DNA of 64,000 bases. It comes from Octopus vulgaris. Lineage: Eukaryota. Within the stretch, counting starts at the first letter, position 1. Every line of letters starts with the position of its first letter. The notes beneath the pieces were generated by a model. That model saw nothing but the letters and a program-made list of their open reading frames with translations, ran no database searches and had not been told where the DNA came from. Positions 54,548-64,000 of this stretch are shown here, piece after piece. Both the position numbers and the translations under genes were made by a program. The stretch spans positions 10,602,001 to 10,666,000 of the forward strand of contig OX597839.1 of assembly GCA_951406725.2 (NCBI GenBank), in the 5' to 3' direction.

Positions 54548-57350
54548 GTGTGCGCTTTTCCGCGACACTCCACCCGCATCAAACGAGGAGGACTGCTTCA
54601 CTGATCTGGGCCGCCGACCATCCGAGTGGACGCCTGCTCCTGGCCAGTTCCAAGCAGTGGATCTTTTTGCGGGCGCCTGCCAGCGCGCTGTGGACCGGTT
54701 TGACTTCTCCAGGCGTCCCAGTCGTCTCAACATCTCCCCAGCCGAACTCTCGGCTCTTCGTTCCCTCCGACGGCGCACTGACATCGTTATTAAAACCGGC
54801 CGACAAGGGTGGAACAGTGGTGGTATGGCGCGTGGACCTCTACAAGGCCGAAGCTCTCCGCCAACTCCATGACACCTCCTTCTACTTCCCTTTTCCCCCA
54901 CGCCCAGCTACCAACAGACGGTCTCCTCTACCATCCATGACCTCATCTCTTCCTCCCATCTCCCCCACACTGCATCCAACCTCATTGTCCGAACCCCCGC
55001 ACCCCACCATTTACTTCTTCCCCAAAATCCACAAACCCAACAACCCTGGCCGCTCCATCGTCTCCGCCTGTAACTGCCCCACCGAGCTTATCTCCAAATA
55101 TCTCGACCGTGTCCTTGCCCCCTAGTGGCTTCTCTTCCTTCTCACATCCATGACACCAACCATGCTCTTCGTCTATTCAACTCTTTCTCCTTCCCTCCTG
55201 GCTTCTCCAAACTTCTCTTTACACTGGACATCCAGAGCCTCTACACTGTGATCCCTCACCACGAGGGACTGCGTGCACTGAAACACTTCCTGGACCTCCG
55301 ACCCAATCCCCAACCCGACACCTCCACACCCGTTCGTCTGGCCGAACTTGTCCTCTCACTCAACTGCTTCTCGTTCGTGGGCAAGTTCTACTAGCAAACT
55401 CGGGAATGGCCACGGGAACGAGAATGGACCCCAACGATGCAAACCTGTTCGTTGGCTATGTTGAGGCCCAAATATTCTCCAATTTCACTGGTCCCACTCT
55501 CGAACTATAATGGCCGTTATATTGACGACTGTATCGGTGCCACCTCACTCTCCCGCTAACATCTAGACTCCTTCCTCTCTTTCGTCAAATCTTTCCATCC
55601 TGCCCTCCACTTTTCCTGCACTATCTCTGACACATCTGTCTCCTCTCTTGACAATTCGGTCAGCATTCATCACTCCACTCTTACCACCCCCTCCCACCCC
55701 AAACACACCAAGCTTTCCATCCCCTATTCCCAATTCCTCCGTCTACGCAGGCTCTGTAGTGACGACCATGACTTTGAGACTCAGTCTCAACTCATGGCTC
55801 GCCACTTCATCCTACGTGGATATCCCCTCACCACTATCCACACCGCCCTTGCCAGAGCACGTTCCGTGGACCGTGCATCTGCTCCCCCCCCCCCGAACCC
55901 GCCCTGCAGTCTCCCGCCTCCCTTATCCCCTCACCTACCACCCTACCTCTCCAACGCACCATTCTCCGAGCTTTCCGGCATCTCCAGTCCGACCCGTCCA
56001 CTTCACACATCTTCCCTAACCGACCCCTCCCCTCCTTCAGACGAGCCCACAACCTACGAGACCTCTTGATCCACAGCTTCTTCCCCAGCCCTGCCTCCTA
56101 ACCTGGCTCGTTCCCTTGCTCCCGCCCACGCTGCCGCACTTGCTCTTACCTCTCCAACACCACCGTCCTCACCGGCACCCATCATCGACCCTATCGCATC
56201 ACCGACTCCTTCACCTGCACCTCCAGCAATATCATCTATTGCATCTCCTGCTCTCTCTGCCATTCTCTGTACATCGGACAAACGGGACGCCGCTTGGCTG
56301 ACCGGTTCGCGGAACACCTCCGAGACATCCGCATCGGCAATGACACCCCGGTCTCACGCCGTTTGCGCTCCACCGGTCACTCCTTGCAACAACTGTCTGT
56401 GTTCGGATTGTTCTTGCACAGAGTCCATCCGGACTCCCGTTTGCGCCGTGAACAGGGATTAATCTTCTCTCTTCGCTCTTTTACGCCATTTGGGCTCAAC
56501 TCTCCTCCCGTCTTCATCTAACCTTCTCCCCGACTCCTACTTCTCTTCACCCCTATTCTTTCCTTCTTCTCCCTTACTCTCTTTCTCTCTCCCTTCTTTC
56601 CCTCTTCTCTCTTTCTCTCTTCTCTCTTCTCTCTTACTCTCTTTCTCTCTTCCCTCTTTCTCTCTTCCTTTCTCTCTCTTATTCACTTTCTCTCTTCTCT
56701 CTTACTCTTTCACCCTCTCTTTCTCTCTTCTCTCCTCACATACCCACCTTTCCCTCCCCCATAAGCCCACCCACCCCTACACATTCCTACTCCACCTTCC
56801 CTATCCTTCCCATCCCCCCCCCATCCTATCCCATACACCCTCTCCCACATACTCCACCCTCTGCTTACCCACAAATCCAAACTCTACCCCAACCCTCAGC
56901 CGAACCCCCACCCGTGCTTTCCCCACTCTCGCCTCCCCCACCTCCTAACAACATCACACCACATCACACTACACCATACAACATTACACATCACATCACA
57001 ACACACCACCCACACACCCATCCCCACATTTTCACACCTACACATACATACACGCACACGTCCAGACCACCAGCCCTCTTTCACACGCACATACATACTC
57101 TCTTATACACACACGCACCTTCGTGTTGGGGGTCATCTTTACTCTGTTATCTCCCGTACTTGCCCTCTCGTGTGTGACCCTTCTGTCCGAATCAGTCGCC
57201 ATGATAGATCGTTAGCCACTACACACATTTTTTCTGTAAAAGAGCGTAGGCTCGAAACGTAAAAGACTTTTTCTATTCCTGAGCGTTATACTAATACATC
57301 TGTTTGTTTTGTACACCACCTGTCTTCGTCTTTTGTTTTTTTTTTCGTAA
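54548..57350 (+). mobile_element. Penelope-like element (Neptune-type), 5'-truncated, frameshifted RT + GIY-YIG, pyrimidine-rich 3' region, terminal HHR remnant
   Basis: KPADKGG, YFFPKIHKPNNPGRSIVS, TLDIQSLYTVIPH, RYIDDC, CSRPRCRTC linker, IIYCISCSLCHSLYIGQTGRRLADRFAEH; stop at 56519-21. Confidence 0.93.
57231..57266 (+). ncRNA. Minimal HHR remnant at the PLE terminus (non-canonical core)
   Basis: TTT-CTGTAAA-A-GAGC(GTAG)GCTC-GAAA-CG-TA-AAA. Confidence 0.5.
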
Positions 57351-57409
57351 ACTCTGTGGTTGGTAAACAAGCTACTTACCACACAGCCATAACTACGCCT
57401 ATATATAGA

Positions 57410-58120
57410 ACGATGACGTTCTCGGGGAAACTCTAGGCGGTTCTGGTCTAATTCGGAGGATTTTCTGGTCTAGTGCGACCATGGATAAGTCCCAGAAATA
57501 CATGGCCTGGAAGTGCTACCGAGGAGCACTGCCAGTTGGGGATAAACTCTACGGGCACGGGAAGAGGCACCAGGCAGGGTTCTCCGAATGCATGCAGAGT
57601 GACGAGACCGTTCTACATGCTGTTGCGCAGTGTCCAAGCATTGCTGACATATGAAGTTATACCGAATAGCTGTTATCACGTGTGGAATGAATCCGATCAT
57701 CGACCGAGTCCATCGTGAGGAGATCGTCCCACCATCTACTTTTAACAAAGCAGGACAGGCGGTGTTTCTCTGTCCAGTGGCTATGGCGAAAGAGGTTGTG
57801 TAGTCGACGAGGTTGAAAGGATTAAGGAAAAACACCTTCCTCTTCGGTCAAGCTCATATCGACCTTTTTAAGTCCCACTTGGAAAGGAAAGTGAGTGTGA
57901 AAAGGGAAGCGCGACCTACCAGTGAATTCGTGAGAAGAAGGGTGATTGTGATAAAAAGGGTTAGAGTGAATAGCCCTACTCTGTATATACACATGTGGGT
58001 TGGAGGACATGAGACAGGGCTCGTACCTTTGGAGGTCAGGGTAATCCTGTATCTGCGACGTTCCTTGATTTGCCCCTGTTGGAGTATCCCCTGTATGAGG
58101 AGGACTGCTTCACTCGTGTT
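57410..58120 (+). pseudogene. Tx1/L1-clade LINE ORF2 C-terminal fragment
   Basis: MAWKCYRGALPVGDKLY...ECMQSDETVLHAVAQCP (zf-RVT-like), with stops. Confidence 0.75.
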
Positions 58121-58129
58121 ACCACACAC

Positions 58130-58324
58130 CTCTTTTACTCTTTTACTTGTTTCCTTCATTTGACTGTGGCCATGCTGGAGCACAGCCTTTAGTCGAGCAA
58201 ATCGACCCCAGGACTTATTCTTTGTAAGCCTAGTACTTATTCTATTGGTCTCTTTTGCCGAACCGCGAAGTTACGGCGACGTAAACACACCAGCATCGGT
58301 TGTCAAGCGATGTGGGGGGGGGGG

Positions 58325-58377
<53 letters not shown>

Positions 58378-58558
58378 TATATATACATATATACGACGGG
58401 CTTCTTTCAGTTTCCGTCTACCAAATCCACTCACAAGGCTTTAGTCGACCCGAGGCTGTAGTAGAACACACTTTCCCAAGGTGCCACGCAGTGGGACTGA
58501 ACCCGGAACCATGTGGTTGGTAAGCAAGCTACTTACCACAACAGCCACTCCTACGCCT
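58130..58558 (-). mobile_element. SINE A, full length
   Basis: Consensus match. Confidence 0.92.
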
Positions 58559-58894
58559 TCGTATATTCTTATCACATTTCCCTGTCTTTTCCATTTCTTC
58601 CTCCCATATCTTTTATGTCAAGCCCCCACACAAATTGTTGTCTGTCCTTGCCGTGTCCCTCTCATCTATGTCCCTGTCACTAATAAAAGAAATCGTTATT
58701 ACTATTATTATTAAAGCAGCAAGCGGGTAGGATCTTTGGCACTCTGGACAATGGTTCAGAGACATTTCGCCCGTCTTTATGTTCTGAGTTCAAATACCGC
58801 CGAGGTCGACTTTGCATTTCATTATTTCAGGGTCAATAAAATAAGTACCCCTTGCCCCGAAATTACTGGCTTTGAGCCAAAATTTGAAACCATT

Positions 58895-59266
58895 GTTGTT
58901 GTTGTTCTTCTCCTCCTCCTCCTCCCCTTCTTCTCATTATTCTTCTCCATCTCCCCTCCTCCTTCTTCTTCTCCTCCCCTCCTCCTCCTTCTTCTCCTTC
59001 TTCTTCTCCTCCTCCCTCTTCTCCTTCCTCTCCTCCTTCTTCATCTCCTTCTTCTCCCTCTTCTCCTCCTCCTGTTCCTCTCTTCCTCCTCCTTCTCCTT
59101 CCTCTCCTCCTTCTTCATCTCCTTCTCCTCCCCCCCTTCTGCTACTCCTCTCACCTTCTCCTCCTCCTCTTCCTTCTTCTCTTACTTCTTCTCCTTCTCC
59201 TCCTCCTACTTCTCCTCCTCTTCCCCTCTCCCTCTTCTTCTTCCCACTTCTTTTTCGTCTTCTTCT
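58895..59266. repeat. (CTC/CTT)n polypyrimidine tract
   Basis: Direct reading. Confidence 0.9.
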
Positions 59267-60081
59267 AAAAAAGCTACATTAATGTGACACTGGTCTACTA
59301 CAGTATGTTACTTTTACTTCCATATAAACATTCGATCTTACCCTCCGCCACGAGACTATTTGAAATCACCCCCCCCCCCCCCATCCTCGGACCATTTAAA
59401 TTCACCATGGAAACCGAGACAATGCTGCAGCCTCTACGTGGTCGTTCACATGCTGAAAATAGCAGTGAAATAGCCCTCAAATCATACACCAACGTCACAG
59501 AAAAGAAACTGGGAGCCTTGATCATGGGTTTCTTGTACACAGGGAAAAGGCGGTGGGGTTACAAATGGAAGGCTTTTGATCAAGGACCTGATCGACCAGC
59601 ATTGACCCGGGGCTAAATGACAAACTGGAACATGCGAAAAGAACAATCGTCAGTTGCTGCTACTCTGGCCACTGCTGCTTCTACCTTAAATTGTGCCACC
59701 CTATGGAACTTAGCCGGAGATGTTTGCAAGGAGCCATCGAGTGTTAAATATATCTCCCAGATGTATGTATACACATTGTAGTAACAGTCACAGGATGCGA
59801 ACCTGCAACCCCCTTGGCACTGACTGATCGACACGGTTATTGAATCAACTGAGCGTGACTCTGGGGAATCATGAAAATGTATTGCCTTAAATAAAGCGCA
59901 GCTGAATAGCAAATAGACTTCTGATATTATAGTCCCAAGAGGCTCCCATAAAACCTTTTAGATGCAAATATATTCCTGTGATCGATCTGTTTAAAATTCC
60001 TATGGAAATGTTTACGGGCAAACATCTGTGTACACGCTCTATTCCTGCATGTGCATGTGATGTGTTGTACAAGTGTGTGCT

Positions 60082-60137
<56 letters not shown>

Positions 60138-60601
60138 TGTGCGTGTGAGCGCGCGCGTGACTATGTGTGTGAGTGCGTTGTCTCATATGTGTGCTGGATG
60201 GATGAATGCTAGTATGTTTCTGTATTTATACATACATATATGTGTGTATGTTCATGTGTGTACAGATATACGCAGACATATATATATATATAATATATAT
60301 ATATATGTAATCATATATACATATATATGTATATATATGTGTATACATATATATGTATATATATATATGTATACATATATATGTATATATGTGTATACAT
60401 ATATATATATATATATGTATACATATATATATATATATGTGTATACATATATATATATACATATATATGTATACATATATATATTATACATATATATGTA
60501 TACATATATATATACATATATATGTATACATATATATATACATATATATGTATACATATATATACATATATATGTATACATATATATATACATATATATG
60601 T

Positions 60602-60666
<65 letters not shown>

Positions 60667-60806
60667 GCCTGCATTTATGTGTGTACAGTTATGAATATAT
60701 ATATACTCTAACAGACGTGAGCATTTCAATATAAAATTGCAGAAAACTGCAAGCACACACACGTACACATACCTGTGTGTGTGAGTGTGTGTGTGTGTGG
60801 TGTATG

Positions 60807-60839
<33 letters not shown>

Positions 60840-60843
60840 AACG

Positions 60844-60897
<54 letters not shown>

Positions 60898-61276
60898 ATA
60901 TATATATATATATATATATATACCCACACACATATACGTAGAATCGTTTATCTAGCTATCTATTTACATATGTATTTATACACCGGCCATCCTTATATTT
61001 ATTTTCCTGCTGCCTTCTTTTTATTCGTAGTTCTCGAATTTTTATACACACAAACACATACACACACAATTGTTTTTAGTTTACTTTGATTTATTTTGCT
61101 AAGTTTTGTTTTTGTTTTTTGTTTTCGTTATTTTATTTTATTTGTTGTCTTTTTTCTTGGCTTTTTCCTCCATTTTATTTTTGTTTATATCTTTATCCAT
61201 TCCAAACCAACTCCAGTTTCATCGACTTCAACCTCCATGTTTGTTACGCTCTCGTATTCGCTCAATATTGTTGTGT

Positions 61277-61793
61277 GCGTAGGAGTGGCTGTGTGGTAAG
61301 TAGCTTGCTTACCAACCACATGGTTCCGTGTTCAGTCCCACTGCGTGGCACCTTGGGCAAGTGTCTTCTATTATAGCCTCGGGCCGACCAAAGTCTTGTG
61401 AGTGGATTTGGTAGACGGAAACTGAAAGAAGCCCGTCGTATATATGTATGTATATATGTGTGTGTGTGTGTGTTTGTGTGTCTGTGTTTGTCCCCCCCCA
61501 GCATCGCTTGACAACCGATGCAGGTGTGTTTACATCCCCGTAACAGAAAGAAGCTCGTCGTATATATGTATATGTATGTATGTATGTATGTTTGTGTTTG
61601 TTGCCACAAAATCGCTTGACAACCGATGCTGGTGTGTTTACGCCCCCGTAACTTAGCGGTTCGGCAAAAGAGACCGATAGAATAAGTATTAGGCTTACAA
61701 AGAATAAGTCCTGGGGTCGATTTGCTCGACTAAAGGCGGTGCTCCAGCATGACCACAGTCACATGACTGAAACAAGTAAAAGAGTAAAAGAGT
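61277..61793 (+). mobile_element. SINE A with internal duplication of the linker module
   Basis: GAAAGAAGC.CGTCG-microsatellite-ATCGCTTGACAACCGATGC occurs twice. Confidence 0.9.
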
Positions 61794-62266
61794 ATACTCC
61801 CTGGTTTCATTTTCGATCGTAACTACAAACCACTTTAGGTTCCTATCTTTTTTCTCTACCACAACCTCCGCTGCAGCTGAACCAAGTCGTCTCTGTGGGT
61901 AACACACGGCAAATGTAAACTTCCTAGAAGTCCTTTCAAAGGTGGTGGTCAGTGTGTTTTGTTTCATTTATCATCATCATCATCATCCGGTCAGGCGACT
62001 TGCCCGACCAATGCAACTCTTCCATGCCGGATTGAGTGATGCAGCATAAACATCTGGCTTGGGTTTAACCACATAGGTATTTCGCTTGCCACGTTATCTC
62101 ATCTCTGATGAGCGTTAAACGAATACATCTGTTTGTTGTTTACACACCCGTCTTCGTCTTTTTGTTTTTTTTTGTAAATTCTTACTACAGATGATACCAC
62201 TAGTTCACGAACTGAACTAGGTGATTATAGCCGTTGACAGTTTTGTTTCTGTTTATTCACTTAGCA

Positions 62267-62491
62267 TCTCTCTATATATAAACGGCAAAATGTCTCTGTA
62301 TGTGTGTCCTTTATACAAATCCACAATTTTTCAGTTAGAGGGCTCGCGCTTTCTATGGTCATTCAAAACCGTCCAGGGGTAGTTGTGAAGATATTTTCAT
62401 TTCCCAGTTACCCCTGAAAGCCATTTAATTCATGAAAGACCAAATATGCTTGACTAGCACTAGACCCGACAACGTCGGGTCATAGTGCTAG
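62267..62491 (+). mobile_element. Non-autonomous Helitron-like element
   Basis: A|TC start, subterminal hairpin CCCGAC-AAC-GTCGGG, CTAG|T end. Confidence 0.75.
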
Positions 62492-63374
62492 TCTAGTGAT
62501 ATTCGCTATTGATTCGATAAGATTCTTTTCCCCAAAACAGATCACATCCAACGGATCTTGGCTTGGGTAGTTACATGCTACTTAACCTATAGCTAGGGTT
62601 AGGGATGTTGCGTATGGATGGTACCGCATAAATGCAAAACAGGACGAAACCCAGGTATCAGTGGCGAGGCGGGGCTCGTGGGGTCCGAGCTAAACCCGTC
62701 CCCACTCCATCCGTAATGTCTTCCGATCTGTCCCGTCATTCGATTTTTTCCGATTTTATTGTATTTTGTAATTATGTGTTAAATTTTTAAATTCATCCTC
62801 TGTGTAAATTCATTCGTAAATCTGACCCCAAATCAGGTTGAATTGTCCCCTCTTTGTTCGTCCCTTGTGGGTAATAAAAAAATCATTAACCTATAGCCAG
62901 GCTCCTCCCGGGAGGTGTTACACTCATCAGAACCCTAGGACCCCCGAACCAGGGTCTCACAACAGGAGTTTAAAGTTTGAGTTATACTCTGGACTTTCAA
63001 TTGTAGACTTGAAACATCGCCCTGTCTAACACCACCGCCTGGTCAATGTGTGGCATTTAGCTGAATTCACTCTGTTGGCTCGGTCCCCATTGTAAAGGTA
63101 AGGTATAGCTGTATGGTTAAGAATATACGTTTTGGAACTTCTTGATTCCGAGTTCGATCCTGCTACACAGCATTTTGAGTACCAATGGGTTTTTAGGTTG
63201 GTTTTTTTTTGTTACCAACTTTTTCCAACCACTTTTGAAGCTCCTGAAAAGAGCGATGGCTGTGACCCTTCTGTTTTATCATCGAAAACCAAAAGCAAAA
63301 AATTATTAAATTTGACTCATTTTAACTGTTTAGAGCGTTCTTACAATTGCGTTTGTGTGTGTATGAGTGTATTC

Positions 63375-63572
63375 TGTTATTTTTTTATTTGCTTCAATCA
63401 TTTGATTGCGGCCATACTGGAGCACCGCCTTTAGTCGAGCAAATCGACCCCAGGACTTATTCTTCGTAAGTCTAGTACTTATTCTACCGGTCTCTCTTGC
63501 CGAACCGCTAAGTGACGGGGACGTAAACAAACCAGCATCGGTTGTCAAGCGATGTTATGGGGACAAACACAG

Positions 63573-63639
<67 letters not shown>

Positions 63640-63740
63640 CATACATATATATGACGTGCTTCTTTCAGTTTCCGTCTACCAAATTCACTCACAAATTCGG
63701 CCCGGGGCTATAGTAGAGGACACTTGCCCAAGGTGTCTTT
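63375..63740 (-). mobile_element. SINE A, missing head
   Basis: Consensus match. Confidence 0.88.
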
Positions 63741-64000
63741 GAAGAAGACTGTATGAATACCTGTCCGATAGATTGTCTCTGTAACTGAAAGAGCCAATCT
63801 TGTCGTGTGTTGCGTGAAGCAAGACTGGGCCTATGTCACATCTTGTCATCCGCTGATTTTATCCATGGTAGACATGTCCGTGGAATATTTAGCCATTTAA
63901 ACATAAGGTCAATGAGCAGGTAATTCAGTCGCTCAAAAATAAAAAAAAGCACAGTACTCATCGTCGAAACCGGCGAAGATCCATTTGCACATTTACATTA

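Noticed and set aside
54550-56521. Functional reverse transcriptase gene
   Set aside because: Multiple frameshifts and stops, 5' truncated
62583-62604. Telomeric repeat (TAGGGTTAGGG; also TAACCCTAA at ~41328)
   Set aside because: Only one or two units, inside or beside transposon-like sequence
62915-62935. Minus-strand CTGATGA-GTG(TAA)CAC hammerhead start
   Set aside because: No GAAA follows stem II

Overview
Eukaryotic (animal) non-coding DNA that is almost entirely repeats. The SINE families and the extreme microsatellite load look like a coleoid cephalopod (Octopus-type) genome; this is recognition from memory, not verified. Nearly all ORFs in the supplied track are microsatellite read-throughs. 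What the sequence supports: (i) about 40 copies or fragments of four SINE families; (ii) 3' fragments of RTE, CR1, Tx1/L1 and R4/Dong-type LINEs; (iii) several Penelope-like elements (PLEs), including a decayed 5'-truncated Neptune-type RT+GIY-YIG copy and a Naiad-like relic; (iv) mariner, hAT-like, Merlin-like, Tigger-like and Helitron-like non-autonomous DNA elements; (v) a 1.35-kb 13/14-bp satellite and an 18-bp hairpin minisatellite; (vi) a tentative minus-strand spliced transcript with GTAAGT donors at three unique-sequence islands. The most interesting signal is a set of about 10 hammerhead-ribozyme (HHR) motifs in short non-coding elements inserted in microsatellites. The best is a 356-bp-period 1.5-mer (21439-21993) whose type I HHR has a long bulged stem I, a palindromic stem III and the compensatory U3-A8 core variant, making it a candidate cephalopod retrozyme/circular-RNA replicon. 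Other copies form fold-back palindromes, and two families carry a shared CCGANGA (U4C) core. Coordinates were counted by hand, and element edges are approximate unless TSDs/TIRs are quoted.
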